The translations under genes were made by a program, and so were the position numbers. DNA of 64,000 bases from Selaginella moellendorffii. Its lineage: Eukaryota; Plantae; Lycopodiophyta. This document shows, in pieces, positions 37,334-53,550 of the stretch (positions within the stretch are counted from its first letter, which is position 1; each line of letters opens with the position of its first letter). The notes under the pieces are model-generated. The model was not told where the DNA came from and did no database searches. It saw nothing but the letters and a program-made list of their open reading frames with translations. The stretch lies in the NCBI RefSeq assembly GCF_000143415.4, contig NW_003314268.1:1534672-1598671 (forward strand), given 5' to 3'.

Positions 37334-37406
37334 ACTCAATACTATATGAGTATGGTATGGTATAAACTCATACCATACCATACTCAATACTCAATATAGT
37401 ATGAGT
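37334..37406. repeat. Palindrome/hairpin with a perfect 16-bp stem
   Basis: GAGTATGGTATGGTAT-AAACTC-ATACCATACCATACTC, extended by outer ACTCAATACTATAT / ATATAGTATGAGT arms. Confidence 0.85.
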
Positions 37407-37599
37407 TTATTGCCCTTACCATAAATAAAGTGTAATATTGTATGTGCAAGGGCAATTAGCCTGGATATTGTGCCCCATGAAAAAAGACATCCTTAAAGTC
37501 TAGTGGATGACTTTAAAAGGGACATATAGCTCTATCCACCATATATCTAAACAGCACTTGATTCCTTGTGTAATAGAAGTAATGTTGATTGTCAAGAAG

Positions 37600-40500
37600 G
37601 CAACCTAAAAGATACAAAAGAGAGTGACACTTTATATGTGTAGAAGGATATTGTCAAGGAAGTTGAGTTTGGTGCATGCTCCTATAACACTTTATAAGAG
37701 AATGCTATTTAAAGTATTATGTACGATGTGTTATTTGTGGAGTCATAACTTGTTGCCACAGCTTTATACAAGGGTTTCTAACAATACTTTGCAATCCTTA
37801 ACAACATCTCAAGTAATGTTATACTGTAGGTTTTTGGTGGAGGATATGGTAGGATCACAATTGAGGATTAGCTTGTGGCATGTAATAGCAATAACTTTTG
37901 CTTGGATGTGCATGTGCTTATAGTGGTTGTAAAGTAAACATTGCAAAACACAAACTTTAGGAAATTGTGTGGTTGTGGTAAAACATGTGGTATTTCTATA
38001 ATATCCTTATTAATGAGTGGTGCCACTATATTGCAATACAAACTCAACTATAAAAGATATTGAATGTGTATCTCTATACCTCCTTTCGCATTCCTTCAAT
38101 TGAAACATTCGTGTTAAAATATAAATTATTTAATAGCCATGCTTGGGTGATAATTTGTATAGTATATGAAATCTAAGTCTATATGTGCTTTTCAAGTCAT
38201 TCCAAGAAGCTTGTGAAAATAACCTCATGCAAGTTATACACTTGCCACTTATTCCATATATCAATGAGGCATTCTTTATTTGTTATAATAAATATGATCT
38301 TGGAATACCATATGACCTTGAATTATATCTCCTTCAAAACGTACTACCAAAAAATAATTACTACTAGTTTTGTAGTGTATTATATACAATACCTAGTTGC
38401 GGATAGATGACTTGCACGTGAATATTTTTTCACCCTTTCATGCATTGATTATATCAAGTTTAACTTTTTTGAACTCTTTTTTTATACATTTACTTTGAAC
38501 AGCCATATTTTAAAAATATTATACTCTTATATTAATGGCATTTTTTTATTTGTCAACACATGCATGACTATATAATGGGTCTCTAGAAGAGGCTAGAATA
38601 CTACATATATAAAAAGAGTTAGCTTCTATATATAATTCCATATAAATATAAACCCTAATCACTAATTTCCCAATAGACTGTCCAGGCAAGAATAGGAAAA
38701 ATATAAAAACACCACAATGCCATAGGCTTTTGATATTGAAAGATATATATGGTATCAATTCTAGACAATCACTCTTTCAAAACATATGTGAGTTAATGGG
38801 GTGGCTATTATTCTATAACCAACTTCTCATAACTCCCCATTAGCATATATGAGACCCTACATTGTAATATTCTTGCATTGCAGCAAAATTTGCTAAAGAA
38901 TTACTTTCATCCCATCTACACCCTTGATTGGATATACTTTTTTTCAGCTCATGTTTTTCAAATGCCAATGGAATGTACTCTAGTCTACATTGATTGTAAT
39001 AGTGAGATTGCCTACTTTATAACACCTTTTCTTTCATCTATGCAATCACATCCTTGTGTATAGGCATCTTTACTATATTTAGAGCTTCCTTAATGGCACA
39101 CTCAATCTCCTATCTCATAATAGTAATAATCTTGTGAATATTAATGATAAAGAAGTTGAATTCAATAAACTCCTTAAGTTCATCCAAGAGTTCGTTGGAT
39201 AGCTTCATGAATAAAATATAATTTATCATCCTGAATAATACACCAACCACTTTATTATCACCTCCATACTTATATTAAATCTTAAAAAACATCTCTCATA
39301 AGAACTCTTATTAATGAGTAAGGCGGCCTTAAAGATTTTTTTAACAACTGAAATACTAAAGAGACTAATGGTTTATATTTATATGAAAGTTTGATTCATA
39401 TAGATAATATTCATAGCAGCAATCACAACATACAACTCCTTATTTTAAGTAGGTTAATTCTATTATGTAGCATCAAACTTGTAACTCATGTATGTGAAAA
39501 AATGCCCAACTTGAAGCAATACAACCCCAATAGCAATGTCACTCACATCTCACCACAAAAGGCTTTTTAGGATAAGAAATCTTTAATAGACACAAATGCT
39601 GAAATATCATTTGACACTTTTCATCTCAACTATGAATAGTAGCATGTTTTGATGTGTTCTAAAGAACATTAGTCAAGGGAACTAACTACCTCATATGTGC
39701 ATTTCACCAACTCTAAAGTATTAATTAATGGAGTATCACTATTTTTTGTCCATCTCTATTACATTCCCATCAACATTAATACTTAGAATAATGTGCTCCC
39801 AATCAATCCTTAGTTTTTGATTACAAAACCATTCCTTCCTAAGAACAACATTTGTGCGACCAAGATTCATAATTTAGAATGACAGATGGTTGAGATTTCT
39901 TTGAATAGTCAAAAGAACACTTAAAGCCCATTTACAGTAAACATAAGTGCTTCATTTACCATAACCACCTTGTAGATTATCAAGTTCTTTTCTAAAGTTT
40001 CTTCACTATGTTAAAACTTAAAAAGTTGTGTATAATATTTGGATTGAAAAGAATACTAAATGCACCAATTTGAATGTCCCCTCAAGGGGCTTTCACAAAT
40101 TGATTATGCATGGAATTATTGAGCTCTAGAGAGTTGATACAAACTCAAGAGTTTGGTTTTTGAACTTTTGCCAAAGGACCATAACAAATACTTAAGTCAT
40201 TTCCACAATAGATTACATAACATTTATGTTATAATTCAGTGCAAAACAACAAAAATTTAATCTTTTTAAATTACATTACACCTTCTTTTAAAGTTCCTCA
40301 CCCCAAGTTAGCTCTATTGAGGGTAAATTAGGTTTCTTACCTTAGCATGCCTTAATATACCCTTGAGTTTCCCTTTGACCAATGTTAACTAGCACCTAAT
40401 AATTTTCTTTGATCCTTTCACAAGAGGATAATATTCATTTTGATGTCCAACATTGTGGCAACTAAAACAATCACTTTTTACCTCTCTTTTTTCTATTGAT

Positions 40501-41250
40501 CTAAATAAAGCTTTTTAGCCTCATTGCCATCTTTATTATTCGATTATTTCTTCCTTAAATATGAAGTATTGGTTGGCTGGTCATGATTTTGACTACCGTA
40601 GACCATCCTATTGACTAGAGTTGACCAAGTTGACTAATGTCACTAAGGCTCAAATCTTTTCAATCCGCTAAGTTTAAATATTTGAGGAAACATTGCATCT
40701 TTAATAATTTATTATAAGTGTTTGTGAGATTAATGCAAAGATCACAAAATTTGTGGGTATACACATCCAAAGACAAAGTCCCTTACCTAATCTTTAACAA
40801 TTAATTTATGAGATCAACTTTTTCAAACTTTTTGATAAATGAAGTGAGAAAAACTTTTTCCAAGAAGTCAACTTTATATTAGCTTTAATGTAATTCTTTT
40901 GCCATGAAGAAGTATGATCTGTAAGCTTTATCACAAAAAAATCAATCTTTATTTTGTCTTCAGAAGGGTTATGAGATTAATAAGGTTCTCATAATTCCAA
41001 AATAACAATCAATCTCCTGGCTATAACAAACATTTAGTACAATACTATAATCCTTAGCGTGTTTGATGTAACAATGATAATCACAAACATGAAAATTAAG
41101 GGTCAATGCAAAACATGAAATCCTTAATAAAATTGATGGAATCCTTAATGTCACTCTGAACCTTAGTGATTTAGCATTCTTGTTACATGATAATATCATT
41201 AAAAGTTTCTTTCTACTACTTTGATACTAATAAAATTAACAAGGAGTGAA
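37600..41250 (-). mobile_element. Heavily decayed Ty3/gypsy LTR retrotransposon (gag, Zn knuckle, RNase H); outer limits approximate
   Basis: gag SEDKIKIDFFVIKLTDHTSSW..LTSWKKF and GTLSLDVYTHKFCDL (~40700-40970); Zn knuckle CFSCHNVGHQ (~40430-40475); RNase H KPFVV..DVSDIAIGVVLLQVGH..YMSYK...NKELYVVI (~39410-39570). Confidence 0.78.
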
Positions 41251-41677
41251 TTGTGGGCATGGCTAGTTCAAAAATTCATTTAACATTCCATATGAATAAT
41301 ATTTACACTTTAATAATCCATCATCCAAATCCCAAAGATTAATATTGGGAAGGTTAATCTAGTTAATATCAAAGATTAATGAAGATATGCTGTAAGACAA
41401 CTCAAGAGTTGTTGATTCAGTGGAATGATTATATGGGAAACTAAAAATGACATGAAAAGAGTGTTTCTAAGTTTTGGTTATAACTTGGATAAAAGGGCTA
41501 TATTGCCTCTTATTTTTATGACCAAAGCCATATTGCTTTTTTTTTCATAATTATTTTTCTTGACATTTTTATTCCATGGCTGTATTACATTAAACTCTCT
41601 TCATGTGAAGCTTATTTAACTTCTCAAGGCTGCCATTCATAGATATAGTTCATAATGGAGGGGTGAACCACAGGAAT

Positions 41678-42423
41678 AATCTAAGAATATTCCGGGATTT
41701 AAGGTGGCTCTGAGATCTCTATGAGCTAAGTATATACTTAAGACTACATAAAAAGTATGTTTCACTGTTCTATGTGTTTTATTGTATCTTAGTCACATAA
41801 AACATAACTCAGAATTTTCAGTTCTTGATATCCCTAAGGGGTGTGTATAACTCTACTGAAGATTGGTGTTACAAGGCTTCCAAAACCATCACTTCAAGGG
41901 GATCACATTTTTCCATCAAAGTTTCCTCCCAACCAAAGTCAAAGTGGGACTTCAGCAAAACTTTCATAAAGCCTTTTTTTCTTTACTTCTTCTTCTACAG
42001 TGATGCCAAGAAAGAATTCGTGGAACAACTGGCTCATCTGGAGAAAGGCACTCATTCCAGGCAAGAAAAATCCCAAAACTCTAAGAGTGAAGCTACATGG
42101 TGATCAAACACATGGTTTGATTATAAAATCAAGTTTGTTCTTACAACAAAGTATTTGACGTGTAAGCGCGTGTCCCTCCCCCGTGTGACGACAACCCCAC
42201 GGTGGAGATTGAATCGCGCACGGGAGTTCTCCATCCTAGCCGTCGAAAGCGTTGTGTAAAAGCACTCTTATTTCCTCTCTGGCGTTCTAGGGTCTTTATC
42301 TCGTCTAGTGATGGCTCTGGAGTGGGGAGCTCTGGCTCTCGTCGTCGCCGCCGAAGGAATCTTGTTACTCTTCGCTACATTCCCAGGATCTCACAAATTT
42401 GTCAAGGGAATCGTCGCCGTCCT
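41678..42423 (+). repeat. Right copy of the direct duplication (decayed DnaJ 3' end + intact BAP31-like 5' end)
   Basis: Collinear with 24845-25563; includes degenerate DnaJ terminal exon DAKKEFVEQLAHLEKG..SQNSKSEATW*. Confidence 0.9.
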
Positions 42424-42718
42424 GCGCAGCGCGCTCCAGCCGCTACTTTCGATCGTCCCCTTCGCGCTCTTCTTGCTCCTGGATCTGTACTGGAAGTATG
42501 AGAATCACCCACGTTGCGAGGGGCCGTCGTGCACTATCGTGGAGCGCGAGCACCACGCCAAATCCCAGATGAAGAGCCAGCGAAATCTCCTCCTCGTCAT
42601 CGCCGCGCTCTTCCTCTACTGGGTCCTCTACCGCGTCACCGCCATGCTCGTCCGCATCGATCACCTCCAGCGCAAGACGAAGATCCAGAAGGATGGAGAC
42701 GACGAAGACTCGGATTGA
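42311..42718 (+). CDS. B-cell receptor-associated protein 31 (BAP29/BAP31)-like ER membrane protein, 135 aa
   Basis: MALEW..L..VVAAEG.LLL, LQPLLSIVPFALFLLLDLYWKYE..CEGPSCT..E...KSQMKSQRN..L...LYW; three TM segments. Confidence 0.85.
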   Translation: MALEWGALALVVAAEGILLLFATFPGSHKFVKGIVAVLRSALQPLLSIVPFALFLLLDLYWKYENHPRCEGPSCTIVEREHHAKSQMKSQRNLLLVIAALFLYWVLYRVTAMLVRIDHLQRKTKIQKDGDDEDSD

Positions 42719-42931
42719 AAGAGCAATGCTTCCTTTTTTTTTGTGTTTAAAGTGTAATACATGAAATTTCTTCCAAGAACCCTAAAGCTCCAAGTAGTAG
42801 CGCCAAGCCATGGCGGTAGGGTTTTAGCGCTCGTAGATAGGCGCGATCGAAGCGCCGGGCAAGCGCCGGGGCTGGGTAGACCATCGCCATGGCTGGAATG
42901 TGAGAGATTCCAGCTCTTTTTTCGCGTCGCA

Positions 42932-45221
42932 ATGGTGATAGAATACGTCTACGAGGCCCTCACGGATGGCCTGGTCGAAGAACCGGTGATGGTTTTGGAT
43001 ACGCCGGCCAACGATGCCAAGAGATTGTGCGATTTCGAGCTGGAAGAAAAAATCCAAAGATTTACGTCGCACACACAGGACTCATCGCTCAAGGTGGACA
43101 AAACAAAGCTTGTTTCGTTTCTGGATGCCTTGCTCGCAGAGAAAGCCCGGCGGGAGAAATCTAAGGTAAGCGTCGTTTTGGTTTCGTTCCAGGCTTGAGA
43201 TCTTTTCTTTGTTTTTTTTTTTTTTTTTTCGTTTTTGCGTCGAACAGGAAACTGGAGCAACATCTTTGCAACAGGTATCGATTTTTTTTTATTTGTTCTG
43301 TTCGCTTCGTATGCTTCTGATGGAGTGTTTGATCGGTCGTGCAGATCACTGAAAAACGTTCGTTTTAATTTGCTGGAAGTTAAGCAAGTTTGAGAATTTC
43401 CATTTTTCCTGACCAAATTTCAGGTTGCATCGGCTCTGATCGAAACACACCTATTGACACAGGTAGAAACTCCAAGGTATGGAATAGACGAAAGTTTCAA
43501 ACAGTGATATTTGTTTTTTTCGTTACAGGAAAGAAAAGTTGAAATCAATCTCTCGAGGGGACTTAGCCCTCCAAGAGCGTTCGATTCGGAACTAAAAATT
43601 CTCAGGTTTCAACGAGGAAGGAAACAGAGTCCTGCCACCGAAATGCCTAAGAGTTGTTCGAATGGTCTTTCTTCCAAGTAAGGTTTCGTTCTTTCGCTTT
43701 TTGGTCGGGCCTTCTGACACTGGTTGATAAGAACAACCGTGGCCGAACGGGGTAAACAACATCGTTTCTCTCCACAGGTACTCGGGTGAGGGTCTTTGAA
43801 GAGCTATACAGTTTTTCAACGTGATGTAGGTATTAGATGCCGAGGAAACTTCTGCTAGAAGGAATACTCGTTCGTCTCCGGTAAGCTTTGACGTATTGCG
43901 ATTAATCTATGTACTATTTCGTTCAACTCATCAGGATACGGTGGTTTTGTTTTCATCTGACGATGAAAACGAGATCAAAGTCATGGAACCTGCCGCTATA
44001 TCCACAAGGAGAACAAGCTCGCGCATTGCAGCGAGAAGGTCTGTACAGTTCATCTGTGAAAGTTACACATTGGTTTCGTTTTGTCAGGAAAATGGACTTA
44101 AATATGAAAATTGCATATCCATCCAAGTATGTTGTTTTGCACGGATGACAATATCATTCTAAGAACTTATATTTCTTACAGGGATGACCCCGACGCTCTT
44201 GAGGTTTATTATGGAGACTTTAGTCGTTTACAACCAGCGGAGTTTCTGAATGACACAGTGATCGACTTCTACATCAAGTGCGTTCTCTGCATCTTATGTT
44301 GCTTGCCACCTATCTGACCCCTGCAATACCCATCAGGTATCTCCAGAGGGAAGCTATAGATGCGGAACGCAAAGAGAAGTTCCATTTCTACAGCAGCTTT
44401 TTCTTCAAAAAGCTTAGCGAGGCATTCGACACTGAGGTACACAACTTTGTCCGCGTTGTAATGCTTACAGTCGCAGTAGGCCAAACAAGTAGAAGCATTT
44501 TCCAAGCTACGGAAGTGGACAAAAGGAATTGACATTTTTTCGAAGTCATATCTTTTTCTCCCAATCAACGACAGGTAAGTTTTTTTATTGTTCACAAAAT
44601 TTTACTCTCTCTCTTTTTTTCAGGTTGCACTGGAGCTTGGCTATCGTCTGCTTCTCCCTGTCAGACGGGGGATTGACGCCATACATTTTCCATCTTGATT
44701 CGCTTGACAATGGACACTCTAGCAGGGAACTTTTCAAATACATTCAAAAGTTTGTCAATATTTCGTGTTACTAGATTTCCTCTAAGTTCCTCTCTTTCGT
44801 TCTACTACAGGTATCTTGAACTGGAACATGCTCAAATGGAGACAGCAATCGAAATTAAATGGCGTGAAACTGTGAAGAAAAGAGTAGAGGTGCGGCTCAT
44901 TTCATGCTTTTCTCCTGTTACATTGTTATGTTTCAGGTACCTCGGCAAGAGAACGAGTATGATTGTGGGCTATTTCTCTTGTATTACATCAAGCGTTTTG
45001 TGGAAACCGCTCCTCTGCCTTGCAAGCTAACAGACACAACAAGCCTGGTATTAAGCTTGTTCTCGATTCTATTGTATTGGAACGAACTTTCGTTCTTATG
45101 TGTTTCATTGTTTTCTATGCAGTTTGGCAAACGCTGGTTCAAACCTTCCGATGCTTCGATGTTGCGATGGACAATCAGAGAAATTCTAGAAAACCTTTTC
45201 GAAGCGACAAGTCCTGAATGA
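42932..45221 (+). CDS. SUMO protease (peptidase C48), OTS/ULP1c-d-like, multi-exon
   Basis: LQPAEFLNDTVIDFYIK, FHFYSSFFFKKL, RKWTKGIDIFSKSYLFLPI, LHWSLAIVC (His), HLDSL (Asp), VPRQENEYDCGLFLLYYIKRF (Cys). 5' exon structure is less certain. Confidence 0.88.
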
Positions 45222-45520
45222 CGTGGTCTAACAAGGTACTAAAATCCTTGCGGAAGTTCTTTTCGTTTAATGGATCCTTTGTTTTTAGATGCACATATGA
45301 TTCCTGCGAGCCTTGGCGAGCATTTTTCTCCCCTCGATCAGAGGTAGCTCTTGCGGTTTGCCAATGAAAATTAGCGTCACCCAGTTCCAGAGATTTTTTG
45401 TCCAACAGGAACAATGTATATGGTAGCACCGGAATTCCTGTGAGCGATGTATTTATGAGAATAACACATTACTAGTCTTCCCTTGTTGAAAGCTCTACAT
45501 TCTGGCCAGCGTTTTGCGAG

Positions 45521-46257
45521 TTATATGTAATGACGCCGATTCCAGCAACAAGGTGTTTTGGCTCTGATATGATCTAGCTCTATTTCTCGTTGTTTTTCCT
45601 TCTTTTCTAACTCCCTTTTCATTTCAGCAACCTGGTGAACACGCGAAGTGGAAAGCTATCCAAAACGAAGAGAGAAAAGGAAAAGGGTACCCGTATGTTG
45701 TCCTCCATAAGCTGTTTGAGGTAGTCTTTCTTATGTTGGATTCGTCCCATGTCATGGTTTAGAGAATGTGGAGCAAATCTGTCACAAAGTTTCCACCAAA
45801 ACGATGAAGAAAATGGAGAGGTTTGGATTTCTTACTTGCTTAGGTACTCGTTGTAGCAATTCAAGTCGTGATCTTCGTGGGCTCTCCGGATCCTCTCGGA
45901 CTCTTTGATCTTAAGTTGCTCTTCCATGCAACCTTTGAGCTCCTGCCTGGAAAAACGCTTGGACAAACTTCTTCCCTGGGGAAAAAGAATGAAATTCTCA
46001 CTTACTGACGCCTCCTTGTCTCGTCCCGGTTTGGCGAAACCCGCTGCTTCACCTCCGCCTCCTTCATGTAATACTTCTCCTGCTGGATCTTGAGGAGCTC
46101 CAACTGATCGTGATACTCCTTGTCGATATTCTGCCAAACCAGAGGAAAATTTTCGACGATGATCGCGCGAGAAACAGACACTCACCTCTTCATTCTTGGC
46201 GTAGGCGATGGCCGATCGAGGCCGCCTGTTGAGAATGCTCTGCCGGCACGGCAACAT
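45521..46257 (-). CDS. Unassigned 168-aa charged alpha-helical/coiled-coil protein (5 exons)
   Basis: Exons 46257-46186, 46130-46006, 45946-45836, 45778-45691, 45631-45521 splice in frame (507 nt, all GT-AG); no family recognised. Confidence 0.75.
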
Positions 46258-46823
46258 CGCTAGAGGATCCTCGATTCCTTCTCCTTCCTCCGCGCGGCGC
46301 TATAGAAACCCTATCCTCCCGCCCATTCGCCCTAAAATTCCCCCCCCTCGGTGCTCAATGCTCTCTTCGTTCGCTCTTCTCAACGATCTTCTCCTCCATT
46401 CGACCAAGAGACGCTGCGTCACAGAATTAGGGCTTACAAGACCGCGACACGTGTCAACTAACTGCTTAATGTCATGAGCCCGGGAAAATCGTACGGCACT
46501 GCCCACGTTTTCCATTCGAATTTGCACGGAAGGAAATCTAGGGCTTTTCGTTTAGGTTTATTGTTGGCGAGCAAGGGGCCCGCGGCGCCCATCGCCAGGA
46601 GCGCCAGGTTTGCAGCACAAATCACTCGTTTTCTTCGATTTCCCTATTCGCTAGGCTGTCGGCGGCAGGACATTTGATCGCATTAAGCGACAAGAGCGAG
46701 TGTTGACTTCAATTCTTGTGAGAATTGTGCCAATCGCTCTCTCCTGCCACTGCAAGCCATAGATTTTCTCGAGTTTCTGGTGATTTCTTCCCTTTCCCAG
46801 TGGGCCATGCGTTTCTTCCTGCG

Positions 46824-47829
46824 ATGATTGCTACCATTCGACAAGCTGATGCGTTTCTTCGTCTTCCATTTTGTCACTCTCGGCTTTTAGCAGCGCCTGC
46901 AAACACGTTTCCTTGTGCGTGTCTTTTGTCCGAGGTTCATGCTCAAGGACTTGGTTTTACCAGGCCTCTCACTGCTAAGAGGGAGGATCGAGAGAGTCGT
47001 GTAGCCGCTAGAGTGGGCGATCAAGGCCGGGTGATGGCCATCGTTAGCGTTCCTCCGCCGGGATACAGAGCCAATGTCGGTGTTTGTCTCATCAACAAGA
47101 AAAACCAGGTGAAAACTCGCGCCTTGGATCGTTTGTTTCTTTCAGAGACTTACTTCTTGTCCAGGTCTTTGTTGCGAACAGGCTCGATGTTCCTGGATCC
47201 TGGCAAATGCCTCAGGTATGAGATCGTTTTTTCTTTCCTCCCTTCTGATCGTAGCTAGATCTTTTCTTTTTCGATAGGGAGGTGTTGACAAGGGGGAGGA
47301 GCCACGAGAAGCTGCGATCCGAGAGCTACGAGAGGAGACTGGAGTTACTTCAGTGGAAGTTCTTGGAGAGGTGAGTCAAAAGAACGATTTTTTATGCTCC
47401 TTTTTCATTGATGCTTCTCGCAGGTTCCAGAGTGGCTGACTTACGACTTTCCTCCCGATGTGAAAGCGAAGATCACCCGGCTCTGGGGGAAAGAATGGAC
47501 GGGTCAAGCACAGAAGTGGTAAACTTCGTCTCTACGTGGTTCCTGAGACGAGACATTTTGTTTGTTTTTCTTCGACAGGTTTCTCTTCAGATTTGCCGGA
47601 GACGAGAGTGAGATTGATCTTGCTGGTGATGGCAAAGAGGCTGCTGAATTTGCCGAGTGGAAATGGCTGCCAGTTCCAGATGTAATCCAAGCAGTAAGAT
47701 CTCAAAAATCTCTCCTTTCTCGAAATCTCTCGTGGCTTTTAAATGTCTGTGTTCTTCCAGGCCGTAGAGTTCAAGAAGCCAGTCTACGAACAAGTATTCA
47801 AAGTTTTCACGCCGATGATCCAGGCCTAG
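46824..47829 (+). CDS. Nudix hydrolase, NUDT25/26/27 (RppH/Ap4A-hydrolase) type, probably organelle-targeted
   Basis: [43 protein letters not shown] (Nudix box), WLTYDFP, GQAQKWFL, EFAEWKW, FKKPVY; N-terminal extension. Confidence 0.9.
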
Positions 47830-48017
47830 ATAAAAAGCATTTTTCTAATGAATGCCCCCGCGTACGTTCAAGATTTTGCCGCGTGGCAGATTTTCATCCG
47901 TCGATGTAGCTCTTTAAGAATAAAAAAGAGTTTGCTTCCTCTTCTTTTCCATGAACCCTAAAACGAACTCTATGGTGTAGGTTTTGTGGAGCTCGCGCTT
48001 CTCTGCGGCACACTGCG

Positions 48018-51877
<3,860 letters not shown>

Positions 51878-52055
51878 AGGTTGCTTGCTTGCTTGCTTCA
51901 TTATAAAGTGGGCTTTGTCCAGAAATTCTTTTAAGTCACTAAGCTTAGAACGATCTTGATCATTCGAGTTGGCCGGGAAACCGTGCTCGATCATGATTGC
52001 TCGATTCAACCAAGGCAAGTTTGGGCGATCTAGAAGCTCAAGATCTCAAACTCGG

Positions 52056-52325
52056 CTAGTACTTAGAAGTTTCTTCTGGCAGTGATGGCTTGATCTTGAG
52101 CTTGAGAGCGTTCCGGGCTGATAGAGCCAGCTCTTTCTCCGCGCCGCTGAGGCACCGGCCATAGCTGCGAAGGTAGTAAACGCAGCTGCGATGGCAAGAG
52201 CAGTCATCGTCACCGAAGCAGTAGTGGACACTCTCCTCCCGAGCTGCTGTTTGGACTGAGAAAATGAGGAAGATCGCCACGACCAACATCGAGATCTTGA
52301 CCATCCCAGCCTTCAACATCGCCAT
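52056..52325 (-). CDS. Small secreted Cys-rich peptide, copy 1 (89 aa)
   Basis: Hydrophobic signal-like segment ISMLVVAIFLIFSVQTAA followed by HYCFGDDDCSCHRSCVYYLRSYGRC; frame conserved in three copies. Confidence 0.6.
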   Translation of the reverse strand: MAMLKAGMVKISMLVVAIFLIFSVQTAAREESVHYCFGDDDCSCHRSCVYYLRSYGRCLSGAEKELALSARNALKLKIKPSLPEETSKY

Positions 52326-53550
52326 TCCTGGTGGAAACCTTCTCCCTGGAAAGAAGAAAGAACAAGAGAGGCTCGCTTGAAGTTCACACTAATCTTCTCC
52401 TTCGAAACTCTCGAATCGAAAAGAAAGAAAGAACACTCTCTACTTTTATGGTCCTAGTGGTGTATCCACCGCATCAAAGCGCCAAAACTGTGGATCCTGG
52501 GAAGAAACTTTCACCTGTTCCAGAGATTTAATACTCTTCCAGCCGAGTAATCGTCTTCCAGCTCAAGAGAAATCTCATGACAGCTGCTGCAAGAGGACAA
52601 AAGAAAACGATGCGTCACACTATAGTCTTTGCGGGCCGTCACAATCTATGCTAGCTCCACGCTGTTCCGAAGTTTTCCAGGAGCTCGAGATATTTGGCTG
52701 GGCGATACGGAAATCTTCGGGGAGTTATGTTGAGAACAAAGTTTGCACTGCTTTGGTGGTTGGATTTGGTCGCTCCGATTTTGGGAATTCACAGAAGGAA
52801 AACATTACATAACTTAAAGTAAGCAAAAACGCAAAGATTTTTCCAGTGAAGAACTTCCTTGTCGCAAGTTCTCTCATCCGTCGTGGAGACTTCATATGAT
52901 TGACGTTTCTTTGCGTGTGTAGCTCTCTCCATAGAAAGTTCAGCGGTACGGCAGTGAGCTCCCTTCACTGAAATTATGTTAAGTGACGGCGTCTCTCTTG
53001 TTTTCTGCTGCACTGTAGCTTTGCAGCTGCTGATCCATTCCCTGCATATGTCCTGGCCAGTCTTGATAATCCTCCGTGACTTGTTGAAAACCAAACAGGC
53101 GTTCTTCTTCGAGTGACAGTAAACCAGGATTTTGGCTGCTCGACTTCTAGTTCTTTGTCTTCCTCGACGATCCTTACATTATCCATGGCGGCGATGTAAC
53201 GAAACGAAGAACCATCTCTTCCGAGCTCTAGCATCAAAGTAACCATGAGATTCCAGAAATCATCAGCTACGTTGAGTTCATTGTGGAGATTCGAATAAAA
53301 AAACCTAGACTTACTTCACAGTAGTATGATCAAACTATTCCCAGAGTGCTGCTTGCCTGTAGACATGTTCACAATGCTCGTTTGTATAAACTATAATTCT
53401 TTTTGAAGCTAATAAAACATAACAAGCATCTAAACTAAAGGCATAGGATATACGCTACATTTAATTAATGTTTCCTTATCACCTTTGATTCAGTAAAGCA
53501 GAAGTTTGGTCGAGCCTTCTCTCTCTCCTCTAAAGTCAGAAGTTTTGGCT

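Noticed and set aside
41825-42103. 92-aa ORF resembling the DnaJ C-terminus as a second DnaJ gene
   Set aside because: It lacks the J domain and upstream exons and has deletions and frameshifts; it is the decayed half of the flanking duplication.
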